Assembly (NCBI RefSeq): GCF_000143415.4
Contig: NW_003314326.1
Span: forward strand, 496,001-560,000
Reading direction: 5' to 3'
From: Selaginella moellendorffii
Lineage: Eukaryota; Plantae; Lycopodiophyta
Length of the DNA: 64,000 bases
The notes under the pieces are model-generated. The model had not been told where the DNA came from and made no database searches. It saw only the letters and a program-made list of their open reading frames with translations. Positions 25,590 to 37,647 of this stretch are shown here, in pieces; the first letter of the stretch is position 1; every line of letters begins with the position of its first letter. A program made the position numbers and the translations under genes.

Positions 25590-27573
25590 TGTGAGTGCTT
25601 AGAATATAGGAATAGGTATATTAATTAGGGTTTAAGCCCTTATTTATATACAAGAATGGATGGATCAAATTCAGTCCCAAATGGATAGTCCATATACTAT
25701 AGTACTATAATTAGTGTATTACCTAGCTTGGGTAATACATATATATATATATATATATGTATTTATAAACCTTACACCATCCTCCCCTCTGGAAGATAAA
25801 AGGGTGATGATAATAAGTCAAGTGGAACATCTAGAGCTTTTGCTGAGCGATTATAAACTACCACAAAAATCTGAAGCTTCCACAAAATCACCAATAAAGT
25901 TCCTGATAACCATGACTGAAATAAAATCTAAAGCCATAGTATAAACATTAGCTAACTATGGAATCTTGATAAACTAGTTGCAACTCTGTATGTAGCTCCT
26001 AAATGTTCAAACCAACTATCTAACCATAACTTTGAACCAGGGAGGTCAGACTCACTTCATTCGTCCTCCACATTCTCTTTATCCCCTCCTCGAAAGAAAA
26101 AAAGTTTTGAAGCACTGGCTTCATTCGGACTTGCATTGGCTTCATTTGGACTTGTTGCGCTCGTCCTCATTACGCCATCTATATTCGGCCTTACTCCACT
26201 ATCACATTTGTTTGGCCTCACTACGTCGGGGCCAGATGTTCCATTCAGATTTATTATACTCGTCCTCACTCCACAATCTATGTCATTCGTCCTCACTCCA
26301 CAATTTATATCATTCGTCCTCGCTCCATTACTGTATTTACTCATCCTCACTCCATTATCAGGGCCGGACTCCCATCCATCTCCTCTACCCTCTCCTTCGA
26401 AAAAAAAAAAGTTTGAAGAGTCCTCAGCAGCAACAATAAAGTAAAGGCTCTCAGTGGCACTCACAAGTGGGGACATGCATTCAACTTAAAACTCTAGCCA
26501 AAGTGACTCAACCCTTGGAACAAAGGAATACTCAACACTAGAATTGATTAAAGACTCTGCCAACGAAACAAAAGCAAAATTCTCAACTTCATAGATACAC
26601 TTAACATCCATATTAGTATGAGGAGGACAGAAAACACTCAACTCAACACTAGATTGAGAATGAGAATCATGAGAGTCATAAATGATCGATGTGCCAAAAG
26701 AAAAAACACTACAGATGAGGAAGAAATACTAAGAATATGAGAAGGTGGCTTATGCCAAGAATAAGAAAAAGTTGGGAAAGAGTAAAAAGGAAAGAAAAAG
26801 GATTAGATGGCAAATTGAAATATTGATACTTACCATGTGAAATCTCCACTTCATCTCCAAATCATCATCACACTCTAAAATCTACTCGAGCTTGTACACA
26901 TCATTTTCCCATAAACTTGATCTTCGAACATTCTCTAAGAATTGGACTACATCATCTATAACTTGCCAATCAATATCATGAGCACACTCCACATTAACAA
27001 AAGATGGCAAAACACCAAGAACAGGACAAGCCATGTAATCATGTCTCACAAAAGTTGGAAACGGAAACACACCAAAGATAGGCACAACACCAATATGATC
27101 ACACCTCACAACACCAAAAGTTTGATCTAACAGAGCAGCATTAGCAACCTCAAATGACATACTCTTTGATCGATAACGACGTGGTATGGTAGAAGAAGAT
27201 AATGCAATGAAGATCAGAAGAAAAAGCAAATCTAAGCACAACAATAGCTAGAATTTTAAATCTTGCAAAAAGCTAATACAAATCTAGATCTTAAAGAGAA
27301 TAAAGAAATAAGAATAAAAAAGCACAATCCTGAACACTAAAGCAAAGCATTGCCAAAAAACTTTGCTTTTCATGCATAAATTGCAATGTGCCTCACCTCC
27401 ACCAATGTGAATGCTCAGGATATAGGAATAGGTATATTAATTGGGGTTTAAGCCCTTGCTTATATACAAGAATGGATGCAATCCCAAATGGACGATCCAT
27501 ATGCCATAGTACTATAATTAGTGTATTACCTAACTAGGGTAATAAATGTATTTATGTATTTACAAACCTTATA
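25590..27573 (-). mobile_element. ~2 kb non-autonomous LTR element with ~170-185 bp LTRs (25590-25776, 27406-27573)
   Basis: Paired LTRs, 4-bp TSD GTTT, PPT gaggggaggatgg, PBS tggtggaggtgagg; internal ~30-bp tandem repeats 26160-26360. Confidence 0.8.
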
Positions 27574-27699
27574 GTTTTACATTTTAAAACTATATTTAAA
27601 ATAATTTCTGGTAACAGTTTTGAAATGGGGCTCCTAGTGATAGAAGGTCTTCAAAGCTGGGTGCGTAGTGAAATCATGTGCTGAGTCATATAAGGTTGC

Positions 27700-28930
27700 A
27701 CTTGCTGCAGCAGTAAAGGTCCATTTCAACAAATGCTTGCATCAAAACCCCCTATTTGCGGAAAGTAGTTCACACAAAGTAGTAAAGCTTTGTATGGGAA
27801 GCAAAGCTTTAAAGGCAAATGGTCAAAACCGGAAAGTCAGGGATTTAGAAAGCAATCAAGAAGGGCAAGATGAGCAACACTAAGTCTCATCAATCATCCA
27901 CACTGCAGAACTCTAAGCACACATTCAAATCATAATGCAGTGTGAGCAACTGAAAGTGAGGATGGATTTCACAGTACTGGAAATGGAAGGGTGTATGTAG
28001 TCTTTCAAATGGAATGGTTCCATCAATATGTCATAGCACTACATGGATGACATAAAAATCTCATAGTGCTTGACAACTTGGCTGGGGAACATTCTCAACA
28101 GTATCTATATGTCAGGAAAGAGAGGGCTTTTGATACAAGCCTAATATCATCTCCTCATGACGACAATTGACTAAGGGAACCAAAGCTTTGCTCTTGTACC
28201 TGGTTACAAATCCTGATGTGAAAGAGGAGCAATCAGGAATGCCAATAGCCATCTAAGAAAGGTTTAAAGACATTATGCTGGACCACCAGCAAGAGTTTTC
28301 GAACACAAAATCAGATGGAGCACCAGTAATGGTAGGTCTGCCATATCATTTCAATGCAAAAGAGCTGGGTGAGCTAAAGTCTCAACTTGAGGATTAGGAA
28401 TATATTCAACCAATTAAATCTCCTTATAAAGCACTAGTGTTGTTTGTGAAAAAGAAAGATGATAGAATAAGCACACTAAAAAGAACAAATACCCTCTAGC
28501 ATGGATAGAGGATGAAGTATTTCTCATATTGATTTGTGATCTGGTTATCATCAAATACAAATTGTAGAAGGGGATGTAGAGAAGACAACTTATTAAACAC
28601 ACTATAGGAAATTCTTAATGATGCCTTTTGAAGCCATTTCTCCACACTAATAAGTTTACCTACCATGACTTTGTGGTGGTCTATATTGATGACATATTAG
28701 TGTATAGTGAAACACTAGATCAACATATGGAGCATCTAATGAAGCTCTGAGAACACAAGCTATATGCAAAGGGTAGTAAATATAGGTTTACTAGCCGATA
28801 AACCAAATTCCTTGAACATGTGGTGGGCAAAGAAGGATTGAAGGTGGACTAAGAGAAAGTGCATGCAGTTAAAGAATGGGAAAGGCCCACTAATGTGCAT
28901 GCATTCCTAGGACTATGCTCTGCTACATTT
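27700..28930 (+). mobile_element. Decayed Ty3/gypsy pol (protease-RT)
   Basis: DFVVVYIDDILVYSETLDQHMEHL at ~28667-28738; many stops and frameshifts. Confidence 0.8.
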
Positions 28931-29519
28931 TTTATTTAGGAAGTTATGTAATGGATAGAGACCAAAGATAGATGTGAAGATAGATGTGTGATTCTGGAAT
29001 GGGTGGTGTCATCTTGAGATCTGGACTGTGGTATTGTTGCTGGAAACAAGAATGGTAAATCATTGCGGCTCTTTGTTAGATAATAGTATTACTATAGAAT
29101 CTAAAAGCAGTTTAGGGTTTGGACATTAGGGCGGCTGGAGCGAAGATTGGTGTCTTTCAGAGAAGCTCAGCTGGAATAGCGCAAGGGTTAAGGTCCTGGA
29201 TTTGTTCGACAATGAGACAGCTGGTACCATCATTGATGCATTGCCCCAGCTTACAGAGTCAACCCGATTGGACTATTTCCTCCCTGCCGATGCTGCGACC
29301 AAATCTGATCTACTGTCACTCGGTATGTCAATTTATGTTGATCCAGCATTAGCGCTTGTTCTGCAGTTAGCAGGAAAAGGGGCAGAGTAGATCCATTTGG
29401 GGAGGTGAAGGCTCAAGCTTCTGCGCTGATGGTTGGTCCCAACCGCATTCGGCCGGAATCCCGACCGCTGCCGAACGCGGTCAGACAGCTATGTTCGGTG
29501 ATTCCGTTTGGCAAAAAAA

Positions 29520-29815
29520 ATGGCAATCGCGCTCGCAGGGGCTAGATTTCCGATGCTGCTGCGGCTATCGCCATCGCCACTGCATCTCCACCACTTTGCT
29601 GTTCTCCTACTGCTATGGAGCGATCCATCCATCCACAAATGCCCAGCCCAGCAAGCCTACATCAAATCCGACCAAGAGGGCTATAGCCTATAGGAGCTGC
29701 ATGCGTACCGAGCTATACAAGGGTGACACTCTCCAGTCAGTCGGCCTCTGCTTTCGATTGAGTGTGGAGCAGCTTGCTGAGGCCTCGCAAATCGCCCAGT
29801 CCGCGACACTTGAAA
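29520..29815 (+). pseudogene. 5' fragment of a LysM receptor-like kinase/protein (signal region + first LysM)
   Basis: Hydrophobic FAVLLLLW then AQQAY..GYS; after frameshifts YRAIQ/GDTLQSVGLCFRLSVEQLAEASQI (LysM consensus GDTL..IA..F.....L...N). Confidence 0.6.
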
Positions 29816-29949
29816 TTTTTGCCCTAAAATGGAAATTAGGATTCTAGTGATTTCAGAGATTTGATTCAAGCAATTCTAGCAATTCTGGCACAATTGGCTG
29901 AGAATGTCCGGCGCCAGCAGATCTATCTGGGTATTGATGCTCCCGAGCT

Positions 29950-31270
29950 TTTCTTCTATCATCTCTTGATAAGATGTCTCCAAAGACAATGCCAGTGCCA
30001 AGGTTAGTCCCGACCATTCCGAATGCTAACTGGCTGATCAGACATGACCTCATTTTCATACATGGGACGGAAGACTACGGTGGACATACTGAAGTTTTTC
30101 CAAGCTGTGGAGAAGGGTCCTAGCGTGTACAGCACGAACCGGAATCTTGATATTCGGTTCATGACTGGGACCACTGGGGCTGCGTTGCAGCCCCAGCTGG
30201 TTACCTATATGTCAGCAAGCAAAGAAAAGCTACTGGTGCGTATATCAACACCCGAGTGTTCATGGGAGGTCCATCTTACAATTTATGGTGTGCGCTCATT
30301 CTAGCCTATGCTCGTGATGAAGAGGCTCTCAACGTGCTGAAATGTGTCGACTACGACAGGCCAGACAGTCTGCTCCAATTTCTCAAAGAGGGAAAGAAGC
30401 TGTAAAAGGTTTACCTTAGAGCCTCTATATTCGACGATGGCAACTCGCTAGATGACAAAGATATCAGATCAGATTTGCTGCTCGATCTTTTGTGGAGTCG
30501 CTTGCTCAGGTGTGCGTCGTCGTCTTCTGTGCATTCATACAAAGCAAGCTGCGCAAAGAGCTTATAAAGGAGACTGCTCCGCCTCAATTCAGCGTTTGCG
30601 GAGGGTATACGGTAAGTGCCTGTTTTGGAAAACTGATTCACCGAGCTGTTTTGCTAGAGAAAGGAACTAGTTGCCTGCATTGGCATGTACCTCGAAACTA
30701 CGGAGGTGTACACTCCTACAGAGACAGATACTTGGGTGGTTAAGGACCTCATGTTACTCAAGTCTTCATGTCTTTCGGTCAGCTGTCCAGCCATCTCAAG
30801 GATATCAATTCCGCACTTCGGGTGCTCAAGAGCAATCACTACTCAAAGAAGCCGGCCGAGGACGTCTGTCCAGAGTGCAAGTTTGCTGAAACCTGCAGGG
30901 AGGATAAGTGGATAAGCTGTACTTACTGTAACGTCTGGTTTCACTGGCTCTGCACCACTGCTACTGAGGAAACTTGCGAGTTGTGGTTGTGTGATAACTG
31001 CCGTGCTCCTGGTAAGTATCAAACCTGTCTCTTGCTAACTTACACGCCTTCGCCTTCTGACGCCTCATTTTGCAGATGATGATCCCGATGTGGAATTGCC
31101 TCCACCAGTTTCGGATGCTGGTCGAAGGCGTGGAACATTTCAGAGGACACATTAATCTCTTTCTAGTCGGAGCTTCTTCCTTCTGTGCAAATGAGTTTAA
31201 ATGTGCAAATCGGGGTCTGATTTGGCTACAACAACCTCAAACGTTACGTTATTTCCGTACTTAAAAGTAG
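29950..31270 (+). pseudogene. Decayed multi-exon gene of unknown family ending in a PHD finger
   Basis: CPEC...KWISCTYCNVWFHWLC...WLCDNC (C4HC3) at ~30866-31000 followed by GT-AG intron; upstream frames broken. Confidence 0.55.
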
Positions 31271-32044
31271 TGATGTAATTGCCATTAAATAAAATCATCA
31301 GTAAAATAACAAAGCTCGAGGTGTCTTGTAAGGTATGGTCGCATTCTCTTCCTTGGTATGAAGAATTGCGGTATGAATGCATGGCCTGTTCACTGTAGTG
31401 CCAGGTGATCCAAGATATGGTCATTTTTTGGTTCGGTGCAGAAGCATGGCCAGTTATTACTTTTGAATTTTATAGCTGTTGGTGGAGATGGCGGTGGAAA
31501 TGGCTGATGAAGAGCTGAGATGAAGAAGGGGAGATGGTGCCATCGATTGGGGCGCTTTGAAGCAGACTCTCAGGAGCAGACGCCCAGGAGATGTTGAGGC
31601 ATCGACGTTTTCTCCTTCAAGGTCACAGCTCACAAGCACTGCTCCCAAGAGCTCCTCGTCATCACGTTGCTCGATCCTCTCATGCAAGACTTGAGGGCAT
31701 GGCCTAGAGAGAGTGAGAAGAGGACTGTTGACACAAAGAAGCAATTCCCTGCACAAAACAACAAACATCCAGGTAGCAGCATTGACCTCGACTTGCTGTC
31801 GACACTAACCTTCTACGCCATCCCCTCTTTCCAGAAAGCAAATATTGTTACGGTGTCAATCCGTAAGAAGTACGGACAGACACCAGTACGCCAAAGACGC
31901 ATCATTTTTGGTTGTACATTGACCAAAAATCTCATGAATAAAGATTCACACACAACAAGCAATAGCGAGATACATCATTAGGCGCATTAGGATGAGGAGA
32001 TTGCTAGCTCAGGTAGTTAGGGTTGTAGTTGCAAACTAAGGAAT

Positions 32045-32910
32045 GCTTCCTACGGAGATGGCAGTGCCACCTCTGCCCCCTCCTCTTCCTCCTCTTCCTC
32101 TTCATCCTCCAGCACCACCTCCAGTAGGACTGTCATAGGAGATTTGGCTCCGCTTAAACTCACAGCTTCCGAATTCTCAATTTGAAAGAGGAAAGTATTA
32201 CCTCAATGAGCGTGGCAAATAATGGCGAATGATATTGAACCATCCTGCTGCTGCACAAATTGATCACGACCGATGGGCTGCACTGAATAGGAAGGCTTTA
32301 GGGAAATTTTTCGAAGCTTTGGATGCATGCGACCTGTGCAATGTTTCTAGATGTACAAAAGCTTGTGAAATCTGGAGCACACTGAAAGCAACCTATGAGC
32401 AACAAACTTTATCATATTGGGTTTATCTTCGCCGCAAACACTTCACGATGGCAATGTCTGAGACTGACCACCTCCCACATTGCTGCCGTTAAGGAGATCC
32501 TCGACGAATTGATGGCTGTTGAGGCACAGACGGAAGAAGAAGAAGAGTGCGAATATCTCCTTTCGACTCTCCCTTCATCTTTTGACACGGAGATCTAGTC
32601 TCTTCAACCATCAATTCCTGGAGGAAAATCTCTTTTGTACATCTGGAAACATTGCGCAGGTTGTGTGCATCCAAAGCTTGGAAAAATTTCCCTAAAGCCT
32701 TCCTATTCAATGCAGCCCAGCAGCAGGGTCTGGTTCAATATCATTCGCCCAGTCCATGTTCATCAAGGTAATACTTGATTTTCCTCTTCCAAATTGAGAA
32801 TTCGGAAGCTGTGAGTTTAGACAGTCACTACTGGATCAAAGGAAGGCGGTGCTGGAGGACGAAGAGGAAGAGGAGGGGGCGGAGGTGGCGCTGCCATCTC
32901 CGTAGGAGGC
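32045..32910. mobile_element. Ty1/copia-type gag fragment (32150-32595, +) with an inverted partial duplicate (32631-32910, -)
   Basis: KLTASEFSIWKRK..RKALGKFFEAL..KACEIWSTLKATYEQ..LRRK.FTMAMSE..LLSTLPSSFD (gag_2/UBN2-like); arms reverse-complementary. Confidence 0.7.
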
Positions 32911-33499
32911 ACCCACAAATATGCCACCTCCACGTACTTTTATTCCACGTAGTTTCCATGCCCCTCCACACACTGCAAGCAACTGAGATGCTCCGCATCG
33001 AGCATGGCATCCACGGCTCCTCTCAAGCCCGGCAGCACAACTGTAGCCCCAAGCTTGAATAGGCACGCCACTCCCTCCTGCTCCTTGCTGTAGACTTCAA
33101 GGGAACAAGGTGCCTCCGAGACTACTTCAACTGCTGAGGGATGGCAGCTCTGTCTGCTGAGACAAAGAAAGAGTGGTCGCCAACTTTGTGGAAAAAACAG
33201 CATCTATATCTGCCTTACGTCCGAGTGAACAGCACTAGACACAGTAGAATGTTAGAAAATGCCGATGCAAGGCATTTGCTGCTCAGATTTGCTGCTAAGA
33301 GTTGCGTTCGATCGTATGTGCTTGTCCAGGGCAGGAGGAAGATCAATGCAGGTGCTTCAGTCTGTTTATCATTGTTTCTTGTTCTAACAACAAGTGAATA
33401 TTTCTTTGGACAACATTGGTGCAGCTTTTCTTCCTCAATACACTGGTTTTGTTTGATCCATATAGTTTCCTAGGGGTAGGGTGTCAAGAGAGTGGGGCT

Positions 33500-34800
33500 T
33501 TTGGGAGAGTTGTGGTTTTCAGCTTCCATTCACGAGGATATTCTCCAGAAAGAGCTGGGCAAACTTAATATCATGATGATCCAAGCAAGTAAGTTTCATT
33601 GATTGCTTGTCTTTGTTTCTTTTTTTGGCAGAGTTCCTGGTCAATCTTTGGAGGACTATTCTTTTGATTCCAACAAAAACCACACAAGCATGAAATAAGG
33701 TTGCATCCGGCCGACTAGACATGGATGTCGTATATGCGGCGAGCCAGGAGCTTGAATATGAAAGATGTTTCACTCTGCTTCTTGTACTTGAGGAAGTCTG
33801 CCTTGACCTCCTCTTCGTCCTCATCGTCAATGCGTGCCAGGCTTGCTGCCTCCTTTTCCGGTGAACTCTTGTGTGAGCCCACGAAGCACTCCCCCAATCT
33901 CGACATCCTCGCCATGTAACAGCTGCGGCTCTCTGGCTCAAGATCCATTGGCGTCATGTAATGCACCTTCATCTCCGAGTGGCTGAGCACGCCCAAGTGG
34001 TTGCCCGCTGCACTGCCTCCGCAGGACGTGCAAGGTGGAGGGAGGGTGGCCATGCAGCTGCCGCATGGCTGGAGCGGCCCCCTTGCGGATCACCTTGTCT
34101 GTGAAAATTACATGAGCAACCAAAAAGAATTGAGAATGCTGAAGGCTCACAAGATCCGCTTCTCTCGACAAGTTCGACAGGAAGCTCCGAGTTGCCCAAC
34201 CACAGCTGCACGTCTAACACGGCAATGTGACGTTCTCCTCGTGCGTAAGATAACGTCACACCGTAATAAGAGAAGCAAGCCTTCCCCCGTCACTCAGATC
34301 TACCAGGAGCTGCTCCAGATCCCTTGCACTTACAGTGGTTTTTGTCAGCAGTTTCAACTCCGATGGCTTGCGGCGCGGGATGTCATTAAGCAAGAAATCC
34401 AGCTTTGAGGACCACCACCCCTCCACGGCCTTTGGATGTTGAACTTTGTACCGTGCATATGGGTTCGGCTCTATAGCAGCAAGTTAAACTCTACAGCAAG
34501 AAAAAACACAGTGCGTACCTTGGGGTACTCCTTCAGGTTGAAACTAGGTACGTATTTCTCCACGTACCACGCTTCGATTGTCTTGAACAGAGCTCCACCC
34601 TCCACACACCGCAAGCAACTGTACCTGAAGGAGGAGATGACCCTCCGCAACTCGAGCGTGGCATCCACGGCTTCTCTCAAGCCCGGTGGCACATCGGCAT
34701 CCCCAAGCTTGAAGATCAAATTGGCCAGACCCACGTTGAGACTTGAATCTCGGCCATCGAATGGCTGTCGCTGGGGAGCAAACAGAATTTGGCAAATATA
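33500..34800 (-). pseudogene. Decayed intron-containing gene of unrecognised family; exon 34540-34715 also copied at 32910-33060
   Basis: GC-rich exon-like blocks separated by GT-AG spacers, in-frame stops, local paralogous copy. Confidence 0.4.
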
Positions 34801-34843
34801 GCTTACATTGTGATTTCAGCTTGAAAATCCAGATTTGGTATGA

Positions 34844-36525
34844 TGCCGGCATTTGGATCGGTAAGGCAACTCTCAGTCTACTCTTTGTCTCGTGAGCGCT
34901 GCTGGCATTCCCGGAGGCTGGGAGTCGAATTTTATTCTCTTGTGGGATTGTAGCAGGGGTTTGTGAACAGTGGTTTCGTTTCTTCCCTGGAGAGAAGGGA
35001 AGAAGGGGTCGTGGAAGACTCTTTGCATCTGAGGAGGGGGGGGCTAGCAGCACGACGAGGATGAACGCCGAGATGGAAGGTAAGCTTCGACACTCGCAGT
35101 GCCCCTTTGGTGGACTTGGAGAGCGTTTTTACGTGAGTGATCCTAGGCGACTTGGGTTCCGCGAGAGCGATCGATTGTCCGGGGCGAAGTTTCAGGCCCT
35201 ATGTCTCATGTTTCTTCCCTGGCAGGAGGTGACAAGAAAGCTATAAACCAGGCATTGTGGCTTGAATGCCCGGGACCTCTCATCACTTTGCCAGCGATTG
35301 GTAGCCAAGTTGTCTACTTCCCACAAGGTCACACCGAACAAGTCAACATACGTAGGAACTCTCAGAAAACGAAAAAAACCTTTTTTTTTCTCGTACCAGG
35401 TGGTAGCTTCCACGCAGAAGGAGGCTGATTTCGATATCCCAATCTCCCACCTCCATGTAAGGCAGACAACGAGAACGCAAACTTCAGAAAAAACTGACTT
35501 GTGTGTAGGCCGATCAAGAAAACGACGAGGTATTCGCGCAGATGACGCTGCAGCCCTTCTCACAGACTGCGGTAATCGCTTCCGATGAAACTCTTGGTTT
35601 TCTTCTTGCAGGACCCGTTTCTTTTGCCGGACTTTGGAATCCAAACGAAGCAAACCATTGTTTCTTTCTCCAGGACACTAACAGTGAGTGATACGAGCAC
35701 TCATGGTGGTTTTGCCATTCCTTGCAGAGCAGCGGAGAAAGTTCCCCCCGCCCCCTCTTGTAAGAAAAGTTTCTTTTGTTTTTCTTCGTTTCATCTGATG
35801 AACGAGATTTCTCGTGTCCAGGATTTTACCCAGACACCTCCAGCTCAAGAGCTCGTTGCCAGAGACTTACACAACATCGAGTGGCGTTTCCGCCATATCT
35901 ATCGAGGTATGTGCCCGTCACACAGCAAAATGCAAAGTTCCAGCTTTTACCCGCAGGCTACAAAATGGAAAGAGTATTTTTCACCTCAAGAACAGCACAG
36001 TGTCGCCAGCTTGAAGCCGCTTAAAACTGACAAAGACGCTCCACCCGGTCGTTAGCAAGTGCCCTCCAGGCTGGAGCTTGAGATTTTCTTGCAGGGACGA
36101 GCAGGGACAACACATGCTGGGAATTCGACGTGCAAACCGGCAGCAAACGAATCTCCGAGCGACAGCACGCTCGTCGGTGTTCTTGCCGCGGCTGCTCACG
36201 CAGCGTCGACTAACAGCCGCTTCGAGGTGCTCCTGCAGAGGAGGACTACTCTCTCTCTCGCGGAGGAGGAATACTCGTGCTCTCTCGCAGAGGAGGATCT
36301 CCAGATGAAAGAGAAGAAGGCAAGTTTAAATATGAACTTTCCTGGGCTCGGGATGCCGATGCAATTCAACCAGTCGATGCCACCGCTACTCCAGCAGCAG
36401 CAACAACAGGCCCAGCAGATTATCGACTTGCCTCCAAACGTCCCGGAAGCAGCGAGCATCCTCTCAAGACCCCTCCGGATCAGGGGTGAATCGAAGCAGC
36501 ACGCCGCTTCTAAACCGCCTCATCG
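34844..36525 (+). pseudogene. ARF: Tandem decayed duplicate of the downstream ARF gene (5'UTR to middle region)
   Basis: Collinear with 37328-39980 including introns; many deletions and lost splice sites; one 117-bp inversion. Confidence 0.9.
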
Positions 36526-36904
36526 TCTGGGTGATCGTGATGTTGTGATGATGTTTTGTGTCGTGATCGTTTTTTATGCTTCCTGTCAGGGCCGGATCAT
36601 GTGAAAAACCATGAAACTCTTCACCTCCTCGAAGATCGAACGCCAGTTTTCCTGTCCGGAAATCACATCGATGGAATAATAAGATACTACTTACTTCCCT
36701 TTCCTCGGCATCGATCGATTCACACGCTGGCGCCATCCATTTTTTTGTAGTTTCCCCAAAATGTTCCTGGTTTCTCGTGCAAGCGCATCGATCCAAAAAA
36801 AAAGCCATGGATCAGATCGAGCCCTGCCCGATCAAACGCCGCGTCCTCGGTCAATCCCTCAAATCTCGAAAGATTTGCAATATCCGTTCTCATGAATGTG
36901 AGGA

Positions 36905-37150
36905 GCAGCCGACAGTCCAAGTAGAGTATTTCCAAGTAGCGATGATTTTTATTTTAGTTGGATCGAGAGAAGCACGGGGGGACAAGGAGCCGACAGTACC
37001 CCCTGCCTGCCTGTCCCCCTTGTCCCCCCGCTGACATCGTTTGCCTCCAAATCCACTCCGCCAAACCAAAACCCCCTGCCCGTTAGTTAAGCCAATCCAT
37101 GCCCACGTCACCGGCCCCGTCACGGCCACGTCAGGCAATTTGCCACGTGC
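36905..37150. promoter_or_regulatory. Cluster of AuxRE-like TGTCGG/TGTCCC motifs and ACGT G-box-like motifs upstream of ARF
   Basis: ccgaca 36909 and 36990, gggaca 36979, tgtccc 37012 and 37021; ccacgtca x2 and gccacgtg at 37103-37149. Confidence 0.5.
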
Positions 37151-37589
37151 CCACATCCAAATGGCCGGCAGCATTTATTTGTTTTCTCCCTCTTTTTTGC
37201 TCCTGTGTGGCGGCTGCTGTTGTGTAGGGTAACACTGCGCTGGTCTGCTGCTAACTGGGCTTTTGTTTGCTCCTTTTTGCTTGCGCGCTGCCTTGTTTGG
37301 ATTTGGGAGATCGCGGTGTGGTGTTTGTGCCGGCATTTGGATCGGCAAGGCAACTATTGGGAGTTCTCACTCACTCTCTCACTCGTCCTAGTGTTTGTGG
37401 GTTCTTTGTTTTACTCTTTGTCTCGCAAGTGCTGCTGGTGGGTTTGCTGTTCTCGCTGTCTGTGGCATTCCCGGAGGCTGGGAGTGGAATTTTTTTCTCT
37501 TGTGGGGTTGTAGCAGGGGTTTGTGAACAGTGGTTTCGTTTCTTCCCTGGAGAGGAGTGAAGGAAGAACGGGGGCTTTTGCGTGTGACA

Positions 37590-37634
37590 ATGGCGTCGGT
37601 GGAAGACTCTCTGCATCTGAGGAGGGGCCGCTAG
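37590..37634 (+). other. uORF (MASVEDSLHLRRGR*) in ARF 5' leader
   Basis: ATG in good context (acaATGG), stops 13 nt before the main ATG, different frame. Confidence 0.55.
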
Positions 37635-37647
37635 CACTAGGACGAGG

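Noticed and set aside
2803-29815. A coordinated chitin-defence cluster (germin + chitinase + LysM receptor)
   Set aside because: Two of three are broken and the LysM fragment is over 23 kb away across TE DNA; no evidence of co-regulation
36975-37034. Helitron 3' hairpin + CTRR closing the fragment chain
   Set aside because: 30-nt loop and no spacer before CTGA; better explained as an AuxRE cluster, though not excluded
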